From Bacteroidales bacterium (lineage in GTDB: Bacteria; Bacteroidota; Bacteroidia; Bacteroidales; UBA10428): a stretch of 64,000 bases of DNA. Made by a program: the position numbers and the translations under genes. A model generated the notes under the pieces. It was not told where the DNA came from. It saw only the letters and a list, made by a program, of their open reading frames with translations, and did no database searches. The stretch covers positions 7,765-71,764 of the forward strand of contig JAFGQO010000075.1 in assembly GCA_016935615.1 (NCBI GenBank). Reading direction: 5' to 3'. Positions 41,500 to 52,406 of this stretch are shown here, piece after piece. Numbering within the stretch: the first letter of the stretch is position 1; each line of letters starts with the position of its first letter.

Positions 41500-43224
41500 A
41501 TGTCTATGAACCAGTTTCAACTATTGGATTACGTCATTTTTGGTATTTATGCAATTGTAATCGTATCGGTGGGATTATGGGTTTCCCGCACCAAAAAAGG
41601 CAGAGAAAAAACAACAGAGGATTACTTCCTGGCTGGAAAAGCTCTGCCCTGGTGGGCGATCGGTGCATCACTGATTGCCGCTAATATTTCAGCAGAACAG
41701 ATCATTGGTATGTCCGGTTCCGGATTTAAGATCGGCCTTGCCATGGCTTCTTATGAATGGATGGCTGCAATTACTCTGATCATTGTTGCCAAGTACTTTC
41801 TGCCTATTTTTATTAAACAAGGTCTCTATACCATCCCTGAGTTCATTGAAAAACGCTTCAATACAAATCTGAAAACTATTCTTGCCGTTTTCTGGATAGC
41901 CTTATTTATTTTCGTTAACCTGACCTCTGTATTATTTCTCGGAGCCAAAGCTCTGGACACTATAATGGGCAACGGAACAGGGGATACGATCATGTGGTTT
42001 ATTGTCGGACTGGCTTTTTTTGCTGCTGCTTACTCATTGTGGGGAGGGCTTTCAGCTGTTGCATGGACCGATGTTATTCAGGTTTCATTACTTGTATTGG
42101 GAGGCTTAATCACAACAATCATAGCGCTTCATCATGTTACGCCTGAAGGAGGAATGGGAGCCGGTTTGTCACATGTATATAATGTAGCCGGTGAGAAATT
42201 CCATATGATACTAAAAAAGGATAATCCGGAATATTTTAATGTCCCTGGCATTGCTATTTTAATTGGAGGACTCTGGATTGCCAATTTATATTATTGGGGT
42301 TTTAACCAGTATATCATTCAGCGTGCCCTTGCTGCAAAATCACTGCGCGAAGCTCAACGCGGTCTCGCTTTTGCCGCATTTCTGAAATTAATTATACCTT
42401 TTATTGCAGTCATACCGGGAATCATAGCCTTTGTTATGTTTACACAGGATACTGAAGGTGCCGGATCAATATTTTCAGGAATTGAAGGCGCAAACAATGA
42501 TCATGCTTATCCCTGGCTGATAGGCAGATTTGTTCCTGTCGGTTTAAAAGGACTGGTTGTTGCTGCTCTTGCTGCAGCCATCGTTTCTTCGCTGGCTTCT
42601 ATGCTTAATTCAACAGCCACCATATTTACCATGGATATTTACAAACCTTATATTGCTAAAAGCGCCGGCAATAAACAGTTGGTTAATGTTGGCCGGATAA
42701 CCGTATTGCTTGCACTTGTCGTTGCATGTTTTGTGGCTCCGGCTCTGGGCTCAATCGAACAAATGTTTCAATATATTCAGGAGTATACGGGGCTGGTAAG
42801 TCCGGGAATTCTTGCTGTATTTTTGATGGGGCTATTCTGGAAAAAAACCAATACACGAGGTGCTATTGCCGGAGTTCTAAGTTCAATACCGGTAGCTATT
42901 GCCCTTAAAATACCTTCCATTGTTGTAAGAGTGTTAACAAAGAAACTGGCAACAGGAGGATTTTCAACTGAAGCAGCTGCTGCTATTCAACAAAAAATTG
43001 AAAATTTTGCAGGATATGAATTGCCATTTCTTGACCAGATGATGTACACCTGTATTATCACTATTGTTGTAATATTGGGAGTCAGCCTTGCATCCGGCAA
43101 AGGAGATGATAATCCAAAAGCTATTCCATTGCTCAAAGAGACTTTCTCGACAGGCAAAGCTTTCAATATCTGTGCATATATAATTATGATTATTCTTGCG
43201 GTACTTTATACCGTTTTCTGGTAG
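41500..43224 (+). CDS. Sodium/sugar (galactose/glucose) symporter, SSS family
   Basis: YFLAGK, ASLIAANISAEQ, YWGFNQYIIQR; in the gal operon. Confidence 0.92.
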   Translation: MSMNQFQLLDYVIFGIYAIVIVSVGLWVSRTKKGREKTTEDYFLAGKALPWWAIGASLIAANISAEQIIGMSGSGFKIGLAMASYEWMAAITLIIVAKYFLPIFIKQGLYTIPEFIEKRFNTNLKTILAVFWIALFIFVNLTSVLFLGAKALDTIMGNGTGDTIMWFIVGLAFFAAAYSLWGGLSAVAWTDVIQVSLLVLGGLITTIIALHHVTPEGGMGAGLSHVYNVAGEKFHMILKKDNPEYFNVPGIAILIGGLWIANLYYWGFNQYIIQRALAAKSLREAQRGLAFAAFLKLIIPFIAVIPGIIAFVMFTQDTEGAGSIFSGIEGANNDHAYPWLIGRFVPVGLKGLVVAALAAAIVSSLASMLNSTATIFTMDIYKPYIAKSAGNKQLVNVGRITVLLALVVACFVAPALGSIEQMFQYIQEYTGLVSPGILAVFLMGLFWKKTNTRGAIAGVLSSIPVAIALKIPSIVVRVLTKKLATGGFSTEAAAAIQQKIENFAGYELPFLDQMMYTCIITIVVILGVSLASGKGDDNPKAIPLLKETFSTGKAFNICAYIIMIILAVLYTVFW

Positions 43225-43238
43225 AATAACAGTCATTT

Positions 43239-43278
43239 AAAAAAAAGGGGATACCTGAAATGAATATCCTCTTTTTTT
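43239..43278. terminator. Bidirectional intrinsic terminator
   Basis: A-run GGGGATA...TATCCTC T-run between convergent genes. Confidence 0.7.
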
Positions 43279-43299
43279 ATATTATAACTAATGCTGGTA

Positions 43300-45723
43300 T
43301 TACTCAACTTTCAGAGCTGCTCCCGGTTTTCTTATTGAAGCCATTAAACACTGGTACAATACAACCCCAATGGCGAGAGCAAGCGCTATAGCTGAGGCAA
43401 TGATGAAGTATTTTGGTGACACTGAAATTCTTGAATAAAAATCACCAAGCCATATACCTGAGAAAAGATATGCTCCTATCCATGAAATGGCAGAAGCTAT
43501 TAAAAGCAATACAACAATCTCTTTTAAAAGAAGAAATGTAATCTGGTAAAATGTTGCTCCCACCGCTTTTCGTATAGCTATTTCTTTTACTCTTTGGTTG
43601 GAAATAAATGACACCAATCCGAAAAGACCGAGACATGCAATTAATAATGAAAGAATAGAAAACAGATAAAGTATTTTTCGGGTTCTGATCACCGACGAGT
43701 AATTCTGATTAAAATCCTGATCAAGAAAAAAATAGACAAACGGATACTCATTGGTATATTTTGTCCATTTCAGCTCAAGAAAATGGATGGATTTATCAAT
43801 TCCCTGTGAACTCAGCCTTACACTAAGAAAACCTTCTATGTTGCCAGGCATAAGAGAAATAACCAGGGGTTTTATCTCTTTATCAACTGTCTCGTAATGG
43901 AAATCTTTGACAATCCCGATAATTTTATATTTTTCCCCCTCTTTCATCCAGATACCGGGCATTGCAAGTGTTGCTCCCAAAACAGATCCCGCACCAATCT
44001 TTTTTGCTGCTGCCTCATTGATCACACAAACCATGGTATCTGAGGCAATAGCAGAGGATAAAAACCGGCCTTCAATCATTTTCAGTCCGAAAGTCTCACG
44101 AAAGTCATGATTCACAAAGATGTGATTCATTATATAATTTTTTCTAACCGAATCTTTCTCAAAAATGTAAGAAGTTGTGAGAAAATCGCGGCCCGGAATG
44201 GAATTTGAATTTGTAACGGACTCAATATTAGGATGCTGAAGTATTTCTTTCTTGAAATCATTGATCTCATCTCCAAGCGCATCAGGTCTTCGAATCACCA
44301 GAATACGTTCTGTTTCAAATCCAGGATCTCTGCTTAACATATGTTTAACCTGGGCAGCAGCAATAAGTGATATGATAATAATGAAAATTGAAACAGAAAA
44401 CTGAAAAATAACAAATACGGATCTTATTTTCCTGTTTTTTATGCCTTTGTTAAGATTCCCATTCAATACTTTCACCGGTTCATAGGAAGAGGTGAAGAAT
44501 GCCGGATACGATCCTGCCAGGATCCCGAGAAACAAAGTAAACAAAACAATTGAAAATACAGCAGGTATATTTTTTAAGATACTAAAATGTAAATTTATGC
44601 CCAGGTAATTATTAAAATGAGGCATTAAAATTTCGGTGATCAATAATGCAAAGATCAAGGCTAAAAACCCGAAAATCACTGATTCCGTTAACAATTGCAG
44701 AATAAGTACACGTCTGCTTGATCCTATAACCTTTCTCAACACTATTTCCCGTGCCCTGTCCGGTGAATTTGCAGTGGATAAATTCATAAAATTCAGACAT
44801 ACTATGATCAGAATCAATAGTGCTATTATTCCGAACGTATAGATATACAAAGCCTTGGCGTTAGGTTCAATTTCATTATCAAGATCTGAATAGAGATGGA
44901 TCCGGGTAAGTTTTTGAAGATCATAGTTCAGCGTTTGATTTCCATCCACCATGTCCTGCAAAGAGATCTCAAGATATTCTTTCAACTGAGGTGCCGTATA
45001 TTTCCCGACAAATCCATTAATGCTGTTATGAATATCGGAAAGGTTTGAATTTCTATCCGTTTTAATATAGGTATACAAAAAATGATGTATCCATATAGTA
45101 TTAAGATGTTTCCTGTGTGTTACCAGAGAACCTAAAAGCTCAAAATGAAAATGAGAATTGTCCGGAATATCTTCCATTAAGCCTGTGACGATATAAGGGG
45201 CACTTTCTGTTTCAACAATCAATTGTTCTCCCACAGGATCTTTATCTCCAAAGTATTTCTTAGCAGCTGATTCCGTAAGAACAACACTTCTTGGTTCACG
45301 AAGAACACTTTCCGGATCTCCGCTTATCAAACGGAATGAAAAAAACTTAAAAAAATTCGAGTCAGCAAATACAAAATTGTCTTCATTGAATTTCACATTA
45401 TCATTAGATACAAGCCAGGATCCAAAATGTCCGATTCGCAATACATCCTTTACTCCTTCTACTTCCTTAGCAATGGCCGGAGCCATCGGGGCAGGAGTAA
45501 TTGCAGAATTCAGGTTCATACCTCTTAAATTGCCGTGAACGGTAACACGATAAATCGTATCTGCATCTTTATGAAATTTATCATAACTTAATTCGTGTAA
45601 AACATATATTGCAATAAGAAGAACTGAAGCCATCCCTATTGCCAGTCCCAGAATATTTATTAAAGTATAGACTTTATGTGTTGCCAGACTTCTTAATGAT
45701 ATGACAATGAAGTTTTTTATCAT
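43300..45723 (-). CDS. MacB/FtsX-type ABC transporter permease
   Basis: INILGLAIG, ELSYDKFH, duplicated FtsX domains (REIVLRKVIG, KEIAIRKAVGA). Confidence 0.92.
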   Translation of the reverse strand: MIKNFIVISLRSLATHKVYTLINILGLAIGMASVLLIAIYVLHELSYDKFHKDADTIYRVTVHGNLRGMNLNSAITPAPMAPAIAKEVEGVKDVLRIGHFGSWLVSNDNVKFNEDNFVFADSNFFKFFSFRLISGDPESVLREPRSVVLTESAAKKYFGDKDPVGEQLIVETESAPYIVTGLMEDIPDNSHFHFELLGSLVTHRKHLNTIWIHHFLYTYIKTDRNSNLSDIHNSINGFVGKYTAPQLKEYLEISLQDMVDGNQTLNYDLQKLTRIHLYSDLDNEIEPNAKALYIYTFGIIALLILIIVCLNFMNLSTANSPDRAREIVLRKVIGSSRRVLILQLLTESVIFGFLALIFALLITEILMPHFNNYLGINLHFSILKNIPAVFSIVLFTLFLGILAGSYPAFFTSSYEPVKVLNGNLNKGIKNRKIRSVFVIFQFSVSIFIIIISLIAAAQVKHMLSRDPGFETERILVIRRPDALGDEINDFKKEILQHPNIESVTNSNSIPGRDFLTTSYIFEKDSVRKNYIMNHIFVNHDFRETFGLKMIEGRFLSSAIASDTMVCVINEAAAKKIGAGSVLGATLAMPGIWMKEGEKYKIIGIVKDFHYETVDKEIKPLVISLMPGNIEGFLSVRLSSQGIDKSIHFLELKWTKYTNEYPFVYFFLDQDFNQNYSSVIRTRKILYLFSILSLLIACLGLFGLVSFISNQRVKEIAIRKAVGATFYQITFLLLKEIVVLLLIASAISWIGAYLFSGIWLGDFYSRISVSPKYFIIASAIALALAIGVVLYQCLMASIRKPGAALKVE

Positions 45724-45863
45724 AAATAATATGAATCAATATTCGAGCCATTATATTTAAAATAATGACAATCAAACTATTATCATATAAATATCAGAGA
45801 ACAAGTGTGCGTTTATGAACAGATGAATGTTCGTTGACGTATATGTACATTGATAATAAAGTC

Positions 45864-46415
45864 TTAAGCTGGTTGATTTATCTTTTTTTCTTCCTGATTA
45901 ACAGCAATCGTCATTCTGAAAACAGAACAATACGGATCAACATCAGTAAAGGAAAAATCCAGTTTTCCGTCAGCAACTTTGGCCATTTCAATAATCCCCA
46001 ATCCGGCGCCTCCTTTCTCAGAAAACTTGCCATCGGTAATGGTCTCCTTATACAATTCTTTTATTCCGTATTTATCGAGTTCATTCAGCTGGGTCAATTT
46101 CTTACTTAACCTGTTGATATCCGTATTTAATATTGCGTTTGTGGATTCAATAAAAAACTGACCATTTTTAGCATAAATCCTAAATTCAGGAGGGTATTCG
46201 GAAAATATTGTGCATTCATTGTCAAGATTGTCATTGTAACGAATAATATTCTCAAGAGATTCAATCATTATTGTAAGAACCTTCTTATAGGTATTGAAGC
46301 GTATATTTCTTTTCTTCATCTTATCTTTTAATGTTTGTATCAAATCCCCGATACTGTCAAATTCCAGCAAACCATTATAAGATAAAATGATATCTCCCGA
46401 TGTTTTCTTTAACAT
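45864..46415 (-). CDS. SiaB-family (GHKL-like) protein kinase
   Basis: ESLENIIRY; ELYKE...SEKGGAGLGIIEMAK. Confidence 0.75.
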   Translation of the reverse strand: MLKKTSGDIILSYNGLLEFDSIGDLIQTLKDKMKKRNIRFNTYKKVLTIMIESLENIIRYNDNLDNECTIFSEYPPEFRIYAKNGQFFIESTNAILNTDINRLSKKLTQLNELDKYGIKELYKETITDGKFSEKGGAGLGIIEMAKVADGKLDFSFTDVDPYCSVFRMTIAVNQEEKKINQPA

Positions 46416-46460
46416 TTTTCTTATTAAAATTCGAGTGAAAATATAAAATATCTCTGAAAA

Positions 46461-46937
46461 TCACCAAATTGAGTCCTCTTTATCCTCAATTTCATATCCC
46501 TTATCAACCAGAAGATTATTACCCTGCGATGCTTTTACTGCCAACTCATCACATCTTTCATTTTCAGGAATGTCGGCATGGCCTTTCACCCAATGCAATT
46601 TAACATTGTGTATACGATAAAGCTCCAGAAATCGTTTCCATAAATCTATATTTTTCTTTTTTTTGAATCTTTTCCTTTCCCAATCAAATACCCATCCTTT
46701 TTCAACCGAGTCGCACACATATTTTGAGTCAGTATAAATATCAACAATATTCCCCTTTCTTTTTATTGTATTTAATCCTTCAATTACCGCTAAAAGTTCC
46801 ATGCGATTGTTGGTGGTTAACCTGAATCCCTTTGTCAATTCCTTATAATGTTTCCCTGATTTAAGAACAACTCCATATCCTCCGGGCCCCGGATTACCAC
46901 TGGCTGCCCCATCGGTATAAATGGTAATTTTATGCAT
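46461..46937 (-). CDS. rnhA: Ribonuclease HI
   Basis: YTDGAASGNPGPGG, TTNNRMEL, WVKGH, NERCDELA. Confidence 0.96.
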   Translation of the reverse strand: MHKITIYTDGAASGNPGPGGYGVVLKSGKHYKELTKGFRLTTNNRMELLAVIEGLNTIKRKGNIVDIYTDSKYVCDSVEKGWVFDWERKRFKKKKNIDLWKRFLELYRIHNVKLHWVKGHADIPENERCDELAVKASQGNNLLVDKGYEIEDKEDSIW

Positions 46938-47517
46938 CACCAACTAATTTAATGCCGGTATTCGATAAAAATAACCGGATAGCAATTGCCAATAAAATAA
47001 TTCCAAACACCTTTTTCAATATCTGAATACCTGCATCGCCAAGAAGTTTTTCAAAAAAACGTGTGGCCTTCAGGACAAAGAACACAAAAATCATATTCAA
47101 TGTCAGAGCAATAAGTATTTCAGACATAAGGTATTCTGTTTTCAACGAGATTAATGTTGTCATGGACCCCGCCCCCGCAATGAGCGGAAACGCAACCGGT
47201 ATTATTGCGGTTTTGGCATTACTATCATACCGGAAAAGCTGAATTCCCAATACAAGTTCAACACCAAGAAAAAATAAAACAAAAGATCCGGCGATAGCAA
47301 AAGAAGACAAATCGACACCAAAAAGATTCAACAAAGGTTCGCCTATAAATAAAAATAAAAGCATAAGTATGAATGCAACAATGGTTGTTCGAACAGGAGA
47401 AATGTTTCCCGTTCTTTTCTTGATCTCCAGAATTATAGGTATAGACCCGGTAATGTCAATTACCGCAAAGAGAACCATAAAAACAGTGAAAATATTAATG
47501 AGATTCAAATTCATCAT
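46930..47517 (-). CDS. MarC family membrane protein
   Basis: LFAVIDITGSIP, PVAFPLIAGAGS, KVFGIILLAIA. Confidence 0.9.
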   Translation of the reverse strand: MMNLNLINIFTVFMVLFAVIDITGSIPIILEIKKRTGNISPVRTTIVAFILMLLFLFIGEPLLNLFGVDLSSFAIAGSFVLFFLGVELVLGIQLFRYDSNAKTAIIPVAFPLIAGAGSMTTLISLKTEYLMSEILIALTLNMIFVFFVLKATRFFEKLLGDAGIQILKKVFGIILLAIAIRLFLSNTGIKLVGDA

Positions 47518-47532
47518 CTTAAAAACAAAATG

Positions 47533-49686
47533 CTAAGGTACTATTTTCAGTTCCTTAATAAGATGACCTGCGTCAGCAAATTTTTCAATTATAAAAAGCA
47601 CATAACGGATATCAACACAAATACAGCGTTGCAATTGCGGTTCAAAAGCAATATCGCCACTCATAGCTTCCCAGTTCCCGTCAAAAGCAAGCCCGATCAA
47701 TTCTCCATCTTTATTTAATACAGGGCTGCCGGAATTTCCACCCGTGATATCATTATTCGTGATAAAACATACCGGTAACTGTTCTTCTTCTCCGTACATC
47801 CCATAGTCTTTTTCGATGAATAGTTTTTTCAACCTGTCGGGCACGAGAAATTCAAAATTTGATGTGTCTTCTTTTTCAATAACACCTTTCAGGAAGGTTT
47901 TATAATCATAATGAACGGCATCACAAGGATAATAGTCTTTGGCAACTCCATAAGTTAACCTGATTGTTGAATTGGCATCAGGATACTGAATTTTGTCCGG
48001 ATCCATTTCCATTCGCCCCTGCATATATATCCTTTCCAGCTTTTCGAGTTCGAGATCAAATTCATCAAGAATAAGATATTCCTCGTAATATGTTTTGAAA
48101 ATACTGTTTGTTGTTTTAAAGCCGGGATCTTTAACAAGTGTTTTAATATCAGGATCTTCGAGAAATTCCAGGACCCTGTTTTCATCAATAAAGAAAGTCT
48201 TATTAAACATCTTATCCACGTACTTATCTATATCGCCTCTGAATTTGCCATTGATCTTCGAATAAAAATCAGGTTGCTGATCATATGGAATATCATCCTG
48301 ATACAATTTGATTATTGCCTTAGCGACTTTTATATCCGTACTGATATTGTAATCAGTAAAAAAATCTTTTGTGATTTTCTTAAGCTGATCGATTTCCTCA
48401 GTCAATTCTTCATTATTTCCACCATTTAATAAAAGCATCATATACAAATAGTGAAACTCGCTAATAAAATCAAAAATTTCAGTTGCCTTAAAAAATCCCT
48501 CATTCAGATACTGAAAATTATTTTCATGATCTTTCTTCTTCATGTATAACGTATTAAAATCACTAAGAACATTACCGTATAGTATGTTCCTGAGTGAGTC
48601 CTCCAAAGCCCAAGTTTGAAATGACATTTCTTCATCGCGCTTTTCATTAATAACGTTCAACCGTTTAAGTCCCCTGTTCTGACCAATGCTATACTTCCAA
48701 TAGTTGCTCGATCTGGAATATTTAGCCGCATACTGAATACGTACTTTTGGATCGTCTAACATATCCTGCTGTAAAATTTCCTGTCGGACACCCCGTATTT
48801 TTATTCTTATTTCATTGATTATTTTCATGGTTTCAGTAACTCCGAACGAATTCAGGTAACGTTGTGTCCTTCCGGGATAGCCAACAATAAAAGCAAAATC
48901 TCCATTGTTTATCCCTTTCAAGGAAATTGGCAAAAAATGTTTTGGTTTTAATGGAATGTTTTCCGGATTGTAATCCGCGGGTGAACCATCCGGGGCAGAA
49001 TACACACGAAAAATGCTGAAATCTCCCGTATGTCTCGGCCATACCCAATTGTCCGTATCATAACCAAATTTCCCAATGGAGGAAGGAGGAGTCCCGACCA
49101 AACGAACATCTCTGAAAACCTCATAAACAAATAAATAATACTTATTACCTGCAAAAAACGGCTTTACAACAGCTTCATATTTGTCCTCCTGAGACGCTTC
49201 CACAACAATCTCCTCTGTCACTTTCCTTATTGTATCTCTCCGGTCTTTTTCCAACATATCACCGGATAATTCCAGCAACACCTTATCGGTTACCTCTTCA
49301 ATACGAACCAAAAACTTAACTTCCAGATCAGGATTTGGAAGTTCTTCTTCCTTCGACATAGCCCAAAATCCATCGTTTAAGATATCGTTTTCGACAGAGC
49401 TGTGTTTTTGTATTTCGTCATAACCACAATGATGATTGGTAAATAAAAGTCCCTCTTCAGAAACAAGTTCCGCTGTGCACCCACCTCCAAAAATCACCAC
49501 CGCATCTTTAATGCTTGAATTGTTTATGCTGTATATTTCCTCAGCAGTAAGCTCACACCCCAACTCTTCCATCTCATTCATATTCAGATCCTCAATAAAA
49601 GGCAGCAGCCACATGCCCTCATCAGCCAGTAAAAAGCTTATATTTATGCAAAAAACAATAATCGATGTAATACTATTCCTTTTCAT
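47533..49686 (-). CDS. dpp7: S46 dipeptidyl peptidase (DPP7-type)
   Basis: ADEGMW, TNHHC, TGGNSGS; FDGNWEAMSGD (Gly at the S1 determinant, as in DPP7). Confidence 0.88.
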   Translation of the reverse strand: MKRNSITSIIVFCINISFLLADEGMWLLPFIEDLNMNEMEELGCELTAEEIYSINNSSIKDAVVIFGGGCTAELVSEEGLLFTNHHCGYDEIQKHSSVENDILNDGFWAMSKEEELPNPDLEVKFLVRIEEVTDKVLLELSGDMLEKDRRDTIRKVTEEIVVEASQEDKYEAVVKPFFAGNKYYLFVYEVFRDVRLVGTPPSSIGKFGYDTDNWVWPRHTGDFSIFRVYSAPDGSPADYNPENIPLKPKHFLPISLKGINNGDFAFIVGYPGRTQRYLNSFGVTETMKIINEIRIKIRGVRQEILQQDMLDDPKVRIQYAAKYSRSSNYWKYSIGQNRGLKRLNVINEKRDEEMSFQTWALEDSLRNILYGNVLSDFNTLYMKKKDHENNFQYLNEGFFKATEIFDFISEFHYLYMMLLLNGGNNEELTEEIDQLKKITKDFFTDYNISTDIKVAKAIIKLYQDDIPYDQQPDFYSKINGKFRGDIDKYVDKMFNKTFFIDENRVLEFLEDPDIKTLVKDPGFKTTNSIFKTYYEEYLILDEFDLELEKLERIYMQGRMEMDPDKIQYPDANSTIRLTYGVAKDYYPCDAVHYDYKTFLKGVIEKEDTSNFEFLVPDRLKKLFIEKDYGMYGEEEQLPVCFITNNDITGGNSGSPVLNKDGELIGLAFDGNWEAMSGDIAFEPQLQRCICVDIRYVLFIIEKFADAGHLIKELKIVP

Positions 49687-49731
49687 TTAATGCCAGATTT
49701 AAAACAATAAAATATATTCAAAATTAATAGC

Positions 49732-50343
49732 CTATTTATCCGTAATAAATTCCATTCCCATTTGAGTATTTATCAGCTGGAATGATCTTCTGTGATAGGA
49801 GGTAATCCCAAACTCTGCAATTGCATTCCTATGTTCTATTGTCGGGTACCCCTTGTTCTTGTTCCATTTATACTTTGCAAACCTTTGATGCAATCCAAGC
49901 ATAAAATCATCGCGATATGTTTTGGCTAATACCGAAGCAGCAGCGATAGAAACAAATTTGCCATCACCTTTTACAATGCATGTATGTGGAGTATTCGAAT
50001 ACAAATTAAACTTGTTCCCATCAACCAAAATGTGTTCAGGCCTGATCTTAAGCTTATCCAATGCATTGTGCATTGCCAGGATGGAAGCCTGTAAAATGTT
50101 AATATCATCAATGGTATGGTTATCAACAAAAACCACAGCATAATCAAGTGCAACTTTTTCTATTTCTTTTCTGAGAAGAATTCTGTTTTGAGAAGACATC
50201 TTCTTGGAATCGTTCAATAAGGGATTTGAATAATCAGAAGGCATAATAACTGCTGCAGCACATACCGGACCTGCAAGACAGCCTCTCCCAGCCTCATCAC
50301 ATCCTGCTTCTATTGCTTTTTGGTTTAAATAACTCTTTAACAA
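49732..50343 (-). CDS. rnhB: Ribonuclease HII
   Basis: GCDEAGRG, LNDSKK, IAAASVLAK, NKGYPT, HRRSF. Confidence 0.96.
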   Translation of the reverse strand: MLKSYLNQKAIEAGCDEAGRGCLAGPVCAAAVIMPSDYSNPLLNDSKKMSSQNRILLRKEIEKVALDYAVVFVDNHTIDDINILQASILAMHNALDKLKIRPEHILVDGNKFNLYSNTPHTCIVKGDGKFVSIAAASVLAKTYRDDFMLGLHQRFAKYKWNKNKGYPTIEHRNAIAEFGITSYHRRSFQLINTQMGMEFITDK

Positions 50344-50461
50344 ACCTGTGTAAATAATATCTTTTCTGTTCTCTTCAAATTAGAAAGCATGTGAATATAG
50401 AAAAATTACTTAAGTATAGCAATTTACACTTTTCATTCCATTAAGGTTCTTTTAATCTTTT

Positions 50462-50469
50462 TACATTTG
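50462..50469 (+). promoter_or_regulatory. -7 promoter element (TACATTTG)
   Basis: Exact TAnnTTTG 20 nt before the flippase start. Confidence 0.5.
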
Positions 50470-50488
50470 CATTTGAAAAATATATACT

Positions 50489-51934
50489 TTGAAAAGAAAA
50501 TTTCTTACAAATCTTGGGTTCTTTCTTGTATTAAACCTTATTGTTAAACCGGTCTATGTATTTGGCATCGATCGTGTTGTACAAAACACAGTTGGTGCAG
50601 AGGTTTATGGCCGGTTTTTTACACTGTTCAATATTGCCATAATTTTTCAGATATTCCTTGATCTTGGCATTGAAACTTTCATCAGAAAAGACGTAGCACA
50701 ACATCCCAAACATACAAGCAATTATTTATCCGGCATCATCACACTTAAATTAATGTTGTTAGTACCTTACTTGCTTGTATGCGTTGTTCTGGCTCTATAC
50801 AAAGGAATAACTCCCGATGATTACCTGTTGTTGTTTTTTATACTTCTGAATCAATTCCTAGCTTCTGTTATTTTATATATCAGAGCCAATCTTGGAGGCT
50901 TACAATTGTTTAAAACCGAAAGTCTTATTTCTGTTCTGGATCGATCTCTCATGATTGTAATTGTTGGCTTTTTATTACTTCATCCTATTACACACTACTT
51001 GTTCAGGATCAACTGGTTTGTTCTTGCTCAGACAATATCTTATACCGTTACACTGGTAATTGGATTGGTCTTATTACTGAAAAGAACAGGGCATTTTAAC
51101 TTTCAGTTTCGAATTACACAAATTCTTCCTGTTATTATTAAACTCAAGCCCTATGCAACACTTGTCCTTTTAATGGCAATCTATTACAGGGCCGATTCAA
51201 TAATTCTTGGTATTATGCTGCCTGACGGCGATGAACAGGCCGGCATATTTGCTCATGGATTCAGGATTCTCGATTTTATGTCTAACTATGCATTACTTTT
51301 TCCTATCCTTCTGCTGCCTATTTTTTCAAAAATTATTTTTCAAAAGGAAAAAGTCGATAGCCTGCTTCAATTTTCATCACTGCTTTTAATTGCACCTTCA
51401 ATTGCTGCCATTGCACCGGCTATTGTTTACAGGTACGAACTTTTTAATATACTGTATAATGAACAAGTGAAATTATCTGCCAATGTGTTTGCAATATTAA
51501 CTATTAGTTATATTGGTATGTGCATCAGTTATACGTTCGGAGCTCTGCTCACTGCCAATGGTAATTTAAAGCAACTGATTATTATGGCTGCTTCCGCAGT
51601 AGTGATAAGTATAAGTTTAAATCTTCTTTTCATCCCACAGTATCAGGTTATGGGTGCAGCAATTGCTAATGCGTCAACACAGGTATTTACCATCATAGTA
51701 CATATTATTTTGGTATGGTACATTTTTAAGTTAAAATTCAACCTGAAGATCTTTATTAAATTCATTGCCTATTTGCTTAGTATTCTGGCAGGTGTATTTT
51801 TAATAAAGCTACTCCCCATTCACTGGATTGAAGGAGCCATTATCCTTTTCATTTTCGGTCTTTTGTTTGCTCTTATCACAGGCCTTGTAAGTATAAAAGG
51901 CATTCGATCAATTTTGCTGGAAAAAATTCAATAG
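50489..51934 (+). CDS. Oligosaccharide flippase (Wzx/MOP family)
   Basis: Many TM segments, DLGI, LLFIPQYQVMGAAIA. Confidence 0.85.
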   Translation: MKRKFLTNLGFFLVLNLIVKPVYVFGIDRVVQNTVGAEVYGRFFTLFNIAIIFQIFLDLGIETFIRKDVAQHPKHTSNYLSGIITLKLMLLVPYLLVCVVLALYKGITPDDYLLLFFILLNQFLASVILYIRANLGGLQLFKTESLISVLDRSLMIVIVGFLLLHPITHYLFRINWFVLAQTISYTVTLVIGLVLLLKRTGHFNFQFRITQILPVIIKLKPYATLVLLMAIYYRADSIILGIMLPDGDEQAGIFAHGFRILDFMSNYALLFPILLLPIFSKIIFQKEKVDSLLQFSSLLLIAPSIAAIAPAIVYRYELFNILYNEQVKLSANVFAILTISYIGMCISYTFGALLTANGNLKQLIIMAASAVVISISLNLLFIPQYQVMGAAIANASTQVFTIIVHIILVWYIFKLKFNLKIFIKFIAYLLSILAGVFLIKLLPIHWIEGAIILFIFGLLFALITGLVSIKGIRSILLEKIQ

Positions 51935-52160
51935 CTGATGATAAACTTTTCAACACCCTGATTATTTTGTTGGGTATGAATTGCCCGCATTCATGATCCC
52001 GGTTTATCAATTATTTTTCAAACAGTTATAAAATCATTACTCACCGGTTAACGGCATTCTGAATTGAATTCATATGATTTAATGTTAATAATTTAAGAGG
52101 GAATGGCCGATTAAAACTTCCTATTTTCGAGATTGAAACTCCGGCAGGACAAAACGGATT

Positions 52161-52382
52161 ATGAGAAAAAGAAAAACTAAAGAAGAAAGTCTAAGAAGAA
52201 AAAAAACTCATTCCATAAGATTTAACAACAGGGAACAAAGCGCTATTGATCAGTATTGTGAAAAATTCAGAGTGAAAAACAAATCAAAATTTATGCGTGA
52301 GGCAATAATAACGGAAGTGCTTCGCAAATTTGATGAAAACTATCCTACCTTATGGGAAGATGAACAGATGAGGTTATTCTGA
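52161..52382 (+). CDS. Small conserved-type protein, predicted ribbon-helix-helix
   Basis: SIRFN strand followed by two helices (KSKFMREAII); C-terminal YPTLW. Confidence 0.65.
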   Translation: MRKRKTKEESLRRKKTHSIRFNNREQSAIDQYCEKFRVKNKSKFMREAIITEVLRKFDENYPTLWEDEQMRLF

Positions 52383-52406
52383 TAAAAACAGGGGAATTTA
52401 GAAAAG

